Positions 26,091 through 35,830 of a stretch of 64,000 bases of DNA are shown in pieces. How positions within the stretch are numbered: position 1 is the stretch's first letter; every line of letters begins with the position of its first letter. The position numbers and the translations under genes are program-made. The DNA lies in NCBI GenBank assembly GCA_964508755.1, contig CAZDUZ010000001.1, positions 15,110 to 79,109 of the forward strand, written 5' to 3'. A model generated the notes under the pieces. The model saw nothing but the letters and a program-made list of their open reading frames with translations, ran no database searches and was not told where the DNA came from. The stretch comes from an uncultured Candidatus Saccharibacteria bacterium (GTDB taxonomy: Bacteria > Patescibacteriota > Dojkabacteria > SC72 > JAFGCJ01).

Positions 26091-28612
26091 AACGAATGAG
26101 TCCTTTCAACAATCTTTCAGAGTACATTTCTTCATGTGCTTCTTCATTCCCTGACAATACTGTCATGCAGATTCGTCGTGGTTTCACGACAGAAAAGTAC
26201 TCTTATAAAGAGCTTGACCGTTTGATGAGGCAATGTGCTTCATATTTATATAAGACTGGTCTGAGGAAAGGTGACTGTGTATTGATATGGGGTCCAAATA
26301 TGCCAGAGTGGGTAGTGGCGTTATTGGGAGTTCTATCAATTGGTGCCGTTTCGGTGCCTGTCAGTATGCATGCCACCCCTGAAACGGTTGATGAATATCT
26401 CCGACAAACCAATGCGAAATTTCTTCTTCGCTCACGATTTGTAAATGATCGTAAGCGACGTGGCGTCACCGCAATTGATCTCGAAGACGTTATAACATCC
26501 TCACGAAAGTATGAGGAGATGAAGCTGCCGAAGATTAAACCTGATGATGTAGCTGAAATAATGTATACCTCCGGGACCACGGGAGATCCTTCCGGGGTAG
26601 TGCTGAGCCACGGAAATATTCTTGAAGGACTTGAAGGTCTTCGTCTTTTGGTACCTCCTTCCTCTGAATTTCGTTTGCTTTCAATACTTCCGTTAAGTCA
26701 CGCTCTGGAACAGCTTCTTGGATTTTTCACTCTCATACGCTTTGGGGCAACGGTTTACTATGTACCCCGAATAAATCCTGTTGTGATTGTGCGCTCTCTT
26801 AACCGCTACAAAATAACTCATCTCATCGTTGTGCCTGAATTGATCAAGGTGATGTGGAATTCCATTGAACTTCAGGCTCAGCAAAAAGGAGCTCTCTTAA
26901 AGCTGCAAAAAGCATTGAAAATAGCTCCGCATCTCCCAATGTCTCTTCGTCGAGTATTGTTTAAGGATGTTCATAAAGCTTTTGGTGGAAAGCTAAAGCT
27001 TCTTGCCTGTGCAGGAGCTCCACTCGATGTATGGGTAGGGGAGAATTGGGAAAAAATAGGTGTCGTAGTGCTTGAAGGATATGGCTTAACAGAGACAAGT
27101 GCTGCTTTGACGGCGAATCAAATACATGCAAGAAAAATAGGATCCGTAGGAAAGCTTTTACCTGGAGTTGAAGTAAGATTTTCAAAGGATGGTGAGGTCC
27201 TCACTCGGGGTTTGAATGTCACGAAGGGATACTACAAAAATGCAAAGAAGACTAAAGAATCATTTACCTCAGAGGGTTTCTTTAAAACGGGAGATGTCGG
27301 ATATGTAGGTAAGGATGGATTCGTGTATTTAACCGGTAGAAAAAAATTCAAGATTGTTATACCGACAGGAGAAAAAGTATATCCTGAAGATGTTGAGCGT
27401 TCTTTAAATGATCACCCTGCAGTAAAAGAAAGTTGTGTTATAGGTATTAAAAAGGATCGTGGTGAGATTGTGCATGCGGTGCTCATCCTGAAGCGAGATA
27501 TTGATCCTGCAACAGTTATTGCTCAGGTAAATTCTCAGCTTGAGTCTCATCAAACAATTCTTGAGTGGAGCTTGTGGAAAGACGATGATTTTCCCCGTAC
27601 TCGGTCACTAAAAAAAGATAGAAACAGAGTAAAAGAGTATGTGATGGGTACTATTACTTCATCAAGCAGCGACCTACCGCAAGATAGTAAAGCCACTACC
27701 TCCCAACGTGATCCACTAAAGGATATTATCTCTGCTGTTTTTAGTGTTGACGCTCATTCTATAACTGAAAATACCTCTTTAGTGTTTGATCTTCATATGG
27801 ATTCATTACGCCGGATTGCCTTAGTTTCCCTTATTGAAGATGAATTTGGAGTGGTTGTGTCTGAACAAGATCTTGTAGAATCTACAAAAGTGGAAAATGT
27901 CCGAATCCTCATTAAGGAAGGGAAGAAATCGGTTGAAAGTAAAGCGATTCCTTCTTGGCCAACTGCTCCTTTCACCGTAATTATAAGAGATTTGATTCGG
28001 ACATTTCTCTTTTTTCCGATTTCAAGACTCACCCTTGCCCGTATAGAAATTGTGAACAAAGAAGTGGTAAAAAATATGAAAGGACCATCAATTATTGCTT
28101 TTAATCATGTCGGACATTTAGAGCCACTAATGATTATGGTCTCGCTTCGCCGTGCGATTCAGAAAAAACTGTTTACGCTTGCAGATGCAGATGGATTCTA
28201 TCTCTGGATTCGTCGTTTCTTTTTATACTTCTTTGCAGGTGCATTTCCAGTAGAGAAGCATGGTGGGCCTGTTCGTCAGACGCTTGAATTGGCTGCTGAC
28301 CTTTTGGAAGACGGGTGGAGCTTACTTATGTCACCCGAAGGAAATAGAAGTTCTGATGGAAATCTTTTAGAATTCAAACAGGGGACGGGTATGATTGCTG
28401 TTGAAACACGTGTACCTGTTTATCCTGTGAAAGTGAAAGGTTACCGCGAGGCACACGTAAGTCTAAAGAAGGGTATTTTTGACGTTTTTTTTGATTTCGC
28501 AAAGCCAGGTAAAAAAGTTACGCTTGTTTTCGGCGAGCCGATCGTTTTCGACCCCAATACTTCGCACGAACAGGCGACTGAGAAGATTCGTTCCGTGATT
28601 GAGAACTTGTAG
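26087..28612 (+). CDS. Tri-domain acyl-ACP synthetase (AMP-binding) / acyl carrier protein domain / PlsC-type lysophospholipid acyltransferase (Aas-like)
   Basis: AMP-binding motifs (MYTSGTTGDPSGV, GYGLTET, TGD...GRKK), a phosphopantetheine-attachment site LHMDSLRRIALVSL, then the acyltransferase motifs NHVGHLEP and MSPEGNRS. Confidence 0.75.
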   Translation: MKRMSPFNNLSEYISSCASSFPDNTVMQIRRGFTTEKYSYKELDRLMRQCASYLYKTGLRKGDCVLIWGPNMPEWVVALLGVLSIGAVSVPVSMHATPETVDEYLRQTNAKFLLRSRFVNDRKRRGVTAIDLEDVITSSRKYEEMKLPKIKPDDVAEIMYTSGTTGDPSGVVLSHGNILEGLEGLRLLVPPSSEFRLLSILPLSHALEQLLGFFTLIRFGATVYYVPRINPVVIVRSLNRYKITHLIVVPELIKVMWNSIELQAQQKGALLKLQKALKIAPHLPMSLRRVLFKDVHKAFGGKLKLLACAGAPLDVWVGENWEKIGVVVLEGYGLTETSAALTANQIHARKIGSVGKLLPGVEVRFSKDGEVLTRGLNVTKGYYKNAKKTKESFTSEGFFKTGDVGYVGKDGFVYLTGRKKFKIVIPTGEKVYPEDVERSLNDHPAVKESCVIGIKKDRGEIVHAVLILKRDIDPATVIAQVNSQLESHQTILEWSLWKDDDFPRTRSLKKDRNRVKEYVMGTITSSSSDLPQDSKATTSQRDPLKDIISAVFSVDAHSITENTSLVFDLHMDSLRRIALVSLIEDEFGVVVSEQDLVESTKVENVRILIKEGKKSVESKAIPSWPTAPFTVIIRDLIRTFLFFPISRLTLARIEIVNKEVVKNMKGPSIIAFNHVGHLEPLMIMVSLRRAIQKKLFTLADADGFYLWIRRFFLYFFAGAFPVEKHGGPVRQTLELAADLLEDGWSLLMSPEGNRSSDGNLLEFKQGTGMIAVETRVPVYPVKVKGYREAHVSLKKGIFDVFFDFAKPGKKVTLVFGEPIVFDPNTSHEQATEKIRSVIENL

Positions 28613-29348
28613 TATCTGAGGGCGGGTAGGGCATTCCTATAAGAAATACGGTCTGTTTGTTACTGAGATCGGGGATGGATTGATCTTTTTTCCAATCTGA
28701 AACGAGTTTTGTAGTTATGAGTTGCTGATCGGTTGTGAGATTTACCGCAATGGTAACGGCAAGAAATGATGGAAGTGTTGCGATGATGTCACTGAGGAGA
28801 TAATTATTCCTGTATGGTGTTTCGATAATAATATGAGTGACACCCGCTTGACTTACCGTTCTTCCTATAGCGTTAATTGCACCCTTCCTGCCTATGGGGT
28901 CAGCAGGCACGTATCCAATAAAGGTAAACTGTTGTGCATGCAATCCTGATGCCATGAGTGCTAGCATAATCGAAGACGGGCCTACCAGTGGTACGACAGT
29001 AATTCCGTTTAAATGAGCATGAAAAACATAGATACTTCCAGGGTCAGCGACAGCAGGACAACCAGCTTCGCTGAGCATTCCAATCGATACGCCCTTCTTT
29101 AATAGTGCAATCACCTCCTGAATCTCAATAGCACTTGGATTCTTTGTTAAGGGACGCATCTCTATCTTCTGAATAGGGACTGGTAGAGATAATTGTTTTA
29201 GATAAGCGCGAGCTGTTTTGGCGTTTTCAACGAGATACTGTTCCAGTTTACCAATAACGTTTCTGGTTTCATCAGGAATTGATCCAATTGGAGCGTTAAT
29301 TCCTAATGGCACTGGAATGAGATATAAGGTTCCATTTTGAGTTGTCAT
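28518..29348 (-). CDS. rsmI: 16S rRNA 2'-O-methyltransferase RsmI (tetrapyrrole-methylase fold)
   Basis: N-terminus MTTQNGTLYLIPVPLGINAPIGSIPDETRNVI and the later GCPAVADPG block match RsmI. The track start 29381 is probably upstream of the real start at 29348. The C-terminal basic tail overlaps the convergent gene by ~95 nt. Confidence 0.75.
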   Translation of the reverse strand: MTTQNGTLYLIPVPLGINAPIGSIPDETRNVIGKLEQYLVENAKTARAYLKQLSLPVPIQKIEMRPLTKNPSAIEIQEVIALLKKGVSIGMLSEAGCPAVADPGSIYVFHAHLNGITVVPLVGPSSIMLALMASGLHAQQFTFIGYVPADPIGRKGAINAIGRTVSQAGVTHIIIETPYRNNYLLSDIIATLPSFLAVTIAVNLTTDQQLITTKLVSDWKKDQSIPDLSNKQTVFLIGMPYPPSDTTSSQSRNESSQSPVRAKYWGRKRSARRKQA

Positions 29349-29384
29349 ATACATATTATACCCTATGAAAGATGTAAACACTGA

Positions 29385-29425
29385 AAAGGCAATGGTAGAA
29401 AAGGCAATGGTAGAAAAGGCAGACT
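29385..29425. repeat. 15-bp tandem repeat GAAAAGGCAATGGTA x2.5 in the rsmI upstream region
   Basis: Exact direct repetition seen in the sequence. Confidence 0.7.
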
Positions 29426-29481
29426 ATTGTGTAATACGTAGGATAGATGACTGTTTTTTGGTAGAATAGGGCCTAGTTAAA

Positions 29482-29555
29482 GCACCTGTAGCTCAAAAGG
29501 ACAGAGCAGCGCACTCCTAACGCGCAGGTTGCAGGTTCGATTCCTGCCAGGTGCG
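29482..29555 (+). tRNA. tRNA-Arg (anticodon CCT)
   Basis: Acceptor identical to the TCT isoacceptor (GCACCTG/CAGGTGC). Anticodon loop CTCCTAA, as in E. coli argW. Stem GCGCA/CGCGC has one A-C mismatch at 31-39. Confidence 0.65.
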
Positions 29556-29621
29556 TATGAAAGCTTTATTGTCGTCATGGGAAACATCTCTTACTAACCA
29601 ATGGTTACGATAGAACCATGA

Positions 29622-29696
29622 GCTCCCGTAGTTCAATCGGATAGAACGTCGGTTTCCGAAACCGAAGGCTTACAGGTTCGAGTCCTGTCGGGAGCG
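29622..29696 (+). tRNA. tRNA-Arg (anticodon CCG)
   Basis: Acceptor GCTCCCG/CGGGAGC, D-stem GTTC/GAAC, anticodon stem TCGGT/ACCGA, loop TTCCGAA, T-loop TTCGAGT. Confidence 0.75.
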
Positions 29697-29785
29697 TATG
29701 GACAAAAAGTATAATTCTAAAACTTTTCTGCTCAATTTTTTACGCTTTTCCATTCTGCAGACGAGGATTGTCTGACTCCGATTTC

Positions 29786-31474
29786 TTAGAGCTGAGTTGT
29801 GAGGAGACAGAGGGAGGAATCTTCACAGGTATATAGTATTTTCTTTCCTGCAGCATCTGGTGCAAATGAACCTTTTGAAGGCATTTCGGATAATTCGTTG
29901 CTAATCCTGGTCTCGGTATCAATGTACATAAGGGTATCAGTATTTTCATCAAAGGCTTTTGTAAAGAGAAGAACTGTTGAAGCAGGATGCCACATCAGTT
30001 GATGTACCAAAGAGCCTTCATCCTTATTTAGGATTTGGCGTGGACCTTTCGTGTGAAGTGGATCTCTGTCTTCTAATTCAAACCAGAATTCAGAGAAAGA
30101 ATTATCTTTTTCTTTAAAAAGAAATGACGTATGTAGCGGTGAAAATGAATGGAACTGTGGTTCGTCAGCAGAAAAGAATTCGGTGGTATCGGTTTGTAGC
30201 GAGTATAATGCAATATCTTTCGGAGAAAACAGGATGAGGTAGGTATTATCAGGAGTAATACGAATATCAGTTGCATCCTTCAAGATATCAGTAATTGTAT
30301 TTACCTCTTCAATTCTTTCTGTCTTACCTGCTTTCCCTGTGTCTGGTTCTTCGATGGGAAGCGTTGAATCCTCTGATGGAGCTTGGTAGGTAAGTAGTGT
30401 GGTGAGAGGACCGCCTTCTGCACTGGCACGAAGCAGTATGCTTTCACTCTGAGATCGTTTAGTGATGAAGACTGTCCCTACATCGTCTGTTGTCCAGAAG
30501 AAATCAATTAGGTCTGTCGGTATGTCTGTTATTACCGTTTGAGTAAGGGTTGAGGATTGTAATGAACGAAGCTCGTTTCCTCGGGTGAAGAGCAGGTGTT
30601 GGGAGTCGTTGCTCCAGGAAATCAGTTCACTATCAGAAAGCTGTGATAATTCCACCGGAGTTTGTGCAGGTTCGGAGGCGGAAATCAGTTGATAACTTGT
30701 TGTTCTTACGCCATTGATGCTGTCTATTCTTTCCTCAGTGAACAATAAGAGTTCGCCGTTAGGGGACAGATCAAGTTTAAAGGAATATGAACTCTTATCG
30801 GTGAGATCAAATCCAAGTTCTTCCTTCGTGAATTCTGCAATAAGTACTGGGACAGCTTGATTTTCCCAAAATCTTCGACGCAATTGATACGTCCAAATCT
30901 GAAGGGTTGATGGAACAAATGCTGTTTCTGTTCCGGGTTCAATTTGGTTTAGGGTTGAATTTGGTAATGGCTCTGTGTTTCCGTTATTGCTTATTGCCGT
31001 ATTATTCTCAGAGACAAGCACAATGAATGCAGCTTTGGTTCCTGTTTCATTGACACTCATGCTAATTACTTGACTTGATGTACCAGCTTCCGGATCTGTT
31101 GAGATAATAGGGAATAGAGGATCCTTTACGGGTTCTTTTAGAAACAATGTAATGTGATAAGGAATCAATTGTTCTGCTTGAACATTCACCGAGGTAAACC
31201 AGTCGTAATATCCCTCTTTACTGACACGAAGCGTATGAGTTCCTTGTACAAGACCATCAAAGGCTCTTGGAGTTGTTCCTTTATCTACTTCGTCGATGAA
31301 CACGGATGCTCTGCGAGGGGTTGTTTTAATTGAAACAACTCCGGTTCGCTCGATTTCCCCGTCACGGAAGTTAATACGGTATCCCTTGGAAAAAAAGAAG
31401 ATGGCCGCTGTTCCTAGTAGAAGGAGGAGAGGGACCAAAAGAGACTTAATTATTAGTTTTACTTGTTTTTTCAT
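29786..31474 (-). CDS. Secreted/anchored PEGA-domain protein with TolB-like beta-propeller region
   Basis: N-terminal signal/TM (LLVPLLLLLGTAAIFFF). PEGA-like block PRRASVFIDEVDKGTTP...HTLRVSKEGY. The remainder is beta-rich and repeat-like. Confidence 0.5.
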   Translation of the reverse strand: MKKQVKLIIKSLLVPLLLLLGTAAIFFFSKGYRINFRDGEIERTGVVSIKTTPRRASVFIDEVDKGTTPRAFDGLVQGTHTLRVSKEGYYDWFTSVNVQAEQLIPYHITLFLKEPVKDPLFPIISTDPEAGTSSQVISMSVNETGTKAAFIVLVSENNTAISNNGNTEPLPNSTLNQIEPGTETAFVPSTLQIWTYQLRRRFWENQAVPVLIAEFTKEELGFDLTDKSSYSFKLDLSPNGELLLFTEERIDSINGVRTTSYQLISASEPAQTPVELSQLSDSELISWSNDSQHLLFTRGNELRSLQSSTLTQTVITDIPTDLIDFFWTTDDVGTVFITKRSQSESILLRASAEGGPLTTLLTYQAPSEDSTLPIEEPDTGKAGKTERIEEVNTITDILKDATDIRITPDNTYLILFSPKDIALYSLQTDTTEFFSADEPQFHSFSPLHTSFLFKEKDNSFSEFWFELEDRDPLHTKGPRQILNKDEGSLVHQLMWHPASTVLLFTKAFDENTDTLMYIDTETRISNELSEMPSKGSFAPDAAGKKILYTCEDSSLCLLTTQL

Positions 31475-31587
31475 GTGCTTCCCAGTATAGCAGTCAAAAA
31501 AATACGTTTCAAGAAGTAATTTTCAAGAAATATATTCTACTAATGAGATACGAAGCTACGCATGGTGCATTTTGATTTTTGTGTGGT

Positions 31588-31612
31588 TTGACAATGATGC
31601 GGGTGGTATAAT
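31588..31612 (+). promoter_or_regulatory. Candidate promoter (TTGACA ... TGgTATAAT extended -10) placing the TSS at or next to the mreB-like ATG (leaderless)
   Basis: TTGACA at 31588-31593. TGGTATAAT at 31604-31612 with a short 13-nt spacer. The ATG at 31619 is 7 nt after the -10. Confidence 0.35.
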
Positions 31613-31618
31613 CGCCAT

Positions 31619-32620
31619 ATGCTGACAAAAAGAATTGGAATAGATTTAGGGACGGCTAACTCAGTTGTCTTCATCGATAAGCAGGGTGTGGTGCTTGTGG
31701 AGCCAACTGTTGTTGCTCTTAATGCCGACGATTATTCTGTTGTGGCTGTTGGAAGTGAGGCAAAAGCAATGCTTGGGAAGACACCTGAGCATGTTATTGC
31801 CTGCAGACCGCTTAGAAGCGGAGTAATCGCAAGTTACAGAGTTACTGAGGCCTTGCTCAAATATTTCATCAATAAGGTTGTTGGTTTTTCACGTCTTTTC
31901 CGTCCAGAAGTCATGATTAGCGTTCCTGCCGGAATTACCTCTGTAGAGCAGCGTGCGGTAAAGAAAGCTGCATTAGCGGCGGGAGCAGGTAAGGTATGGC
32001 TAATCCCCGAACCTCTTGCAGCAGCAATTGGTGCCGGTCTACCTATACATACCTCTGCAGGAAATATGATCGTAAACATGGGAGGTGGAACAGCTGAGGT
32101 AGCAATAATCTCATTAAACGGTATGGTGGTGTGGAATTCGGTGCGAGTTGCCGGTGATGCGCTTAATGACTCAATTATCTCATACTTAAGAAGAAAACAT
32201 GGTCTTCTTATCGGTGAGCAAACGGCTGAGGATATAAAGCTAAAAATTGGTACCGCTCTTCCGTTAGATAAGGAAGAATCAATGGAAGTACGAGGGAGAG
32301 ATAATTCGAGTGGTCTACCACGGTCCATTACCGTTACTTCAAACGAAACAGCTGAAGCCATGAAAAAACCATTAAATGGCATTATTGCTGCAGTAAAACA
32401 GGTTCTTGAGCAAACTCCTCCTGAATTATCATCAGATGTCATTGATCGGGGAATGGTCTTGAGTGGAGGGACTTCTTTGCTAAGAAATATTGATGGACTA
32501 CTTACAAAAGCAACCGGTGTTCCATCATACGTCGCCGATGATGCTTTGTTTTGTGTCGTCAGAGGTACGGGTGAAGCTCTGAAAAATCTGGACGTATTGC
32601 AACGAAGCTTGGGGACTTGA
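31619..32620 (+). CDS. mreB: MreB/Mbl-family actin-like protein (paralog 1)
   Basis: IGIDLGTANSVVF phosphate-1 motif, LIPEPLAAAIGAGL, MIVNMGGGTAEVAIISL and other MreB blocks along the full length. Confidence 0.85.
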   Translation: MLTKRIGIDLGTANSVVFIDKQGVVLVEPTVVALNADDYSVVAVGSEAKAMLGKTPEHVIACRPLRSGVIASYRVTEALLKYFINKVVGFSRLFRPEVMISVPAGITSVEQRAVKKAALAAGAGKVWLIPEPLAAAIGAGLPIHTSAGNMIVNMGGGTAEVAIISLNGMVVWNSVRVAGDALNDSIISYLRRKHGLLIGEQTAEDIKLKIGTALPLDKEESMEVRGRDNSSGLPRSITVTSNETAEAMKKPLNGIIAAVKQVLEQTPPELSSDVIDRGMVLSGGTSLLRNIDGLLTKATGVPSYVADDALFCVVRGTGEALKNLDVLQRSLGT

Positions 32621-32683
32621 TTCTTTAATAGGTGACTTGGATGAATTCATTTTGGCAGAGATAAATTTGTCTGCTAACTGGGT

Positions 32684-33577
32684 ATGATGACTCTTATTAT
32701 AAGTGCCTGGAAAGAGCCGAAAACGATAGGTAAGGCCGTCTATGAGCTGCTATCTCAAGCCCGAGTACTAAAGGAACCCTCTGAGCTTATTCTTGTATGT
32801 CCCGACCGTGAAACGTATGAAGCGGCAGCAAGAGTTGCTTCAGGGTATCGATCAATTCCATTTATATATATAAAAGATCCGCAAAAAGGTAAGCCATTTG
32901 CCCTCAATTTAGCTTTCAAGAAAGCAAAGGGTAGTATATGGGTGCTAACTGATGGTGATGTATGGATAGATAAAGGTGCTCTGGAAAAACTTATTGAGCC
33001 ATTTACGAGAAGTGACGTGTATGGAGTTACCGGAAGACCTGTATGTCGCAATGAAAGAAATACAATATGGGGTTATTGGGGGCATTTGTTTATGGATGCT
33101 GCACATGAAAAACGTATTCGGACATTGGGGAGGGGTCGATTTTATGCTATGAGTGGTTATTTATCTGCTATTCGGACGTCTCGGATCACTATACCTTCCG
33201 GAGTGCTTGATGACGTATATCTGTCGTGCCTCCTTAATGAAAAAGGTAAAAAAATCTCGTATGCTCCCGGAGCTCGTGTTCTTGTCCGACAGCCTGAAAA
33301 TTGGAAAGACTGGATTTCTCAGAAGGTCCGTTCTGTATCCGGTTATCAGGGTTTGAAGAAAATGTTTCCTCATACAAAAGCCTTTCGAAAAGTAACCGAT
33401 GACCTCGCTTTTGCTTTATTTCCAGTGTTTTACGCAAGGAATCCTCGTGAGTTACTCTGGAGTTTACTTCAATATCCAGTCCGTCTTTGGGTATGGACGC
33501 TTGTCGCTTTACAACGGTTCCGAGGTAAAACCGCTGCAGATTTATGGATTGGAAAACGAATTGAAAGCACTAAGTAG
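32684..33577 (+). CDS. Family-2-like glycosyltransferase
   Basis: Rossmann-like N-terminal region with LTDGDVWID (DxD) and a GT-A style layout. Low specificity. Confidence 0.45.
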   Translation: MMTLIISAWKEPKTIGKAVYELLSQARVLKEPSELILVCPDRETYEAAARVASGYRSIPFIYIKDPQKGKPFALNLAFKKAKGSIWVLTDGDVWIDKGALEKLIEPFTRSDVYGVTGRPVCRNERNTIWGYWGHLFMDAAHEKRIRTLGRGRFYAMSGYLSAIRTSRITIPSGVLDDVYLSCLLNEKGKKISYAPGARVLVRQPENWKDWISQKVRSVSGYQGLKKMFPHTKAFRKVTDDLAFALFPVFYARNPRELLWSLLQYPVRLWVWTLVALQRFRGKTAADLWIGKRIESTK

Positions 33578-33593
33578 AGCGTAGTATAATTTA

Positions 33594-34838
33594 GTGAGAA
33601 ATGTTGCTGAGTATTTCTATCGAAAGCGTTTTTTTAATATTAGAAAGTTGAAGTTTGTTTATTACTTATTACCTTTGCACCCCATGCTTTTTAAAAAAAA
33701 GAAAGAAATGACACATACAGAAGTCGAAAAAATTCTTGCTAAAGTAGCTACACCAATGAGTCTTTATTTAGTACCAGAGAATGAAAAGGCTGAACGGGAT
33801 CGTTTTTTTAAAGATAGTTCGTATAACCCTCAATTTGTTTACAGAAAGTCGAATAAAAATAAAGGGATTTTTGAGCAGATAGATGGATTGCAGGAGATTT
33901 CCGATGTTGATCCTGCTATTTCGAGTTATATTATTCATACCATTGAAAGTAAGCGCGAATCGGTGGCGTTGTTTGACGCAATAGGCAAGGATGATGAATT
34001 TGAGAAACTTTCACGATCGAGATTTGGAGTTCCTTCTCCTTTTTTGTTTCGAAAGGCGTGTCGGATTCTTCGAGGTAATATGAAGGATTTTGCAATTGAG
34101 CCGCGAAACGAACAACTGGCAAATATAATACTTACCTTTGATCAACTTGAACCAATATTCAACAAAGTCTTTCAGTTGCTTCGTCTTGATGGGTGGACTT
34201 TGGAGAAATCTAAGGCAATTGCTTCAAAGGGATTTAGAACGGTGATGAAAACGAGAAGAATAATGGTTGATCCAGAAATTGAGGTGAGTGCTGAGAAACT
34301 AAAGAAAACCATTATTCATGAAGTCGCAACGCACGCTCTTCGAGGGAACAACGGATATGCCACTGGATATGAAGTATTCGGCAAACCAAATCTCCGTGAG
34401 TATCTCGATGACGAGGAAGGTATGGCCATGTTTAATGAAGAGATATTCGGAGTTATGAGGGATATCGATGTAAAAAAACGTGCCGCGTTAGTGTATGCAG
34501 CCTATCTAGCACAATTCGTGTCATTTCGGAGATTATTTGAAGCCTTGTCAGCGGTATATCCAAAAAATACAGCATATGATGTGTGCTTACGTGTTAAACG
34601 CGGAATATCCGATACCTCACGGCCGGGCGGATACTACCGAGATGCATGCTATCTTCGAGGTTATTACAAAGTTGTGAAGAAACTCACTAATGATCCGGTA
34701 ACGTATCAGAATATGTATGCGGGAAAAATTCCGTTATCCCACCTATCGTTGGTTGAGGAGGGTGTAATTCCAAAACCGAGCACCTATCCAACAGAAACAC
34801 AGGTTAAGGAAATCTTTCATATCATCGAAAGTGCTTAA
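33594..34838 (+). CDS. DUF1704 / QEGLA-motif putative metallo-carboxypeptidase (flavohemoglobin expression-modulating family)
   Basis: HEVATHALRG (HExxH) and EEGMAMFNEE (QEGLA-equivalent) blocks. The N-terminal part of the track ORF is probably not translated; a start near MTHTEVEK at ~33709 is more likely. Confidence 0.55.
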   Translation: MRNVAEYFYRKRFFNIRKLKFVYYLLPLHPMLFKKKKEMTHTEVEKILAKVATPMSLYLVPENEKAERDRFFKDSSYNPQFVYRKSNKNKGIFEQIDGLQEISDVDPAISSYIIHTIESKRESVALFDAIGKDDEFEKLSRSRFGVPSPFLFRKACRILRGNMKDFAIEPRNEQLANIILTFDQLEPIFNKVFQLLRLDGWTLEKSKAIASKGFRTVMKTRRIMVDPEIEVSAEKLKKTIIHEVATHALRGNNGYATGYEVFGKPNLREYLDDEEGMAMFNEEIFGVMRDIDVKKRAALVYAAYLAQFVSFRRLFEALSAVYPKNTAYDVCLRVKRGISDTSRPGGYYRDACYLRGYYKVVKKLTNDPVTYQNMYAGKIPLSHLSLVEEGVIPKPSTYPTETQVKEIFHIIESA

Positions 34839-34876
34839 GCGCTTTGAGTAATAACTAATGGTTAACGCATTAATAA

Positions 34877-35830
34877 TTACTTTGAGAGTAATTGCTCAAT
34901 GATATCTGATGCGATAGTGGTTGGAGCTCCTTCGACTTTTGTCTCAAACGCTTTAAATCCAGGATTCATATTAACTTCAAGGATATAGGGCATTTCATTG
35001 CTATAGATGATATCGACAGCGCAATAGTCTGCTTCAAGAAGTTGTGCGGTTTTTATAGCAAGCTCTTTTAACTTTGGCTCAGGGTTGTCGTACAAAGAGT
35101 ATTCTCCGTGACTTACCGTCAAAAAGTTGTCGGTCGCATCTCTCTTCCATCCACTATAGTATTGACCACCGATCATAATCGCACGATAGTCTGTGCCGGT
35201 ATCTAGGAACTTCTGGATCATATATCGTGAGGGTTTAGTAATAAACTCATCTTCAATTTCATCATAGGTCTTACAAGCGGTTTCAAGGTCTTGTGCATTA
35301 TTAACGAGATATACGTTTTTCTTAAGTTTTTCTTTACCATCAATAAGTTGCACTTTATATTCACCTTCTCTGTGTTTGTAAATCAGTGGGAAACCGAGCC
35401 GTGCGAGGATTTCTTTCTTTTCCCAATATTTACCATCGATACAATACGCACTCTCAAGATAGGGGAGACCTGCGTCTGCAAAGTACTGCATTTGCAACAC
35501 TTTGTCATAATGAGCCCACTTCTTCATAAAGGCACTGTTTTGAAGAATGATTCCGTGCTTCTCACAAAAAGCGACTATTGCAAGCTTGAGCATGTATTCA
35601 TATGGTGTCCGGTGTCCTCGTACAATAACATGGGTGTAGGAGTTGAGAGATATGCCATTTACTTCGATAAGCATCTCTTGGTCGGATACTCTCAGAATAA
35701 TATCTGAGTAATGAGCGAGATCGCATGCGATAGATCGTTTATCAAGTTCTTCTTTCAGCCGTTGGACTGCATACTGAGGTTCATTCTTGTTGCCGATTCT
35801 TTTGGCAATATCAATGATCAAGAATTTCAT
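34877..35830 (-). CDS. RimK-type ATP-grasp ligase (alpha-L-glutamate ligase-like)
   Basis: ATP-grasp layout with a C-terminal E..N.NPG-like block YILEVNMNPGFKAF. Its stop overlaps the upstream ATP-grasp gene. Confidence 0.65.
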   Translation of the reverse strand: MKFLIIDIAKRIGNKNEPQYAVQRLKEELDKRSIACDLAHYSDIILRVSDQEMLIEVNGISLNSYTHVIVRGHRTPYEYMLKLAIVAFCEKHGIILQNSAFMKKWAHYDKVLQMQYFADAGLPYLESAYCIDGKYWEKKEILARLGFPLIYKHREGEYKVQLIDGKEKLKKNVYLVNNAQDLETACKTYDEIEDEFITKPSRYMIQKFLDTGTDYRAIMIGGQYYSGWKRDATDNFLTVSHGEYSLYDNPEPKLKELAIKTAQLLEADYCAVDIIYSNEMPYILEVNMNPGFKAFETKVEGAPTTIASDIIEQLLSK

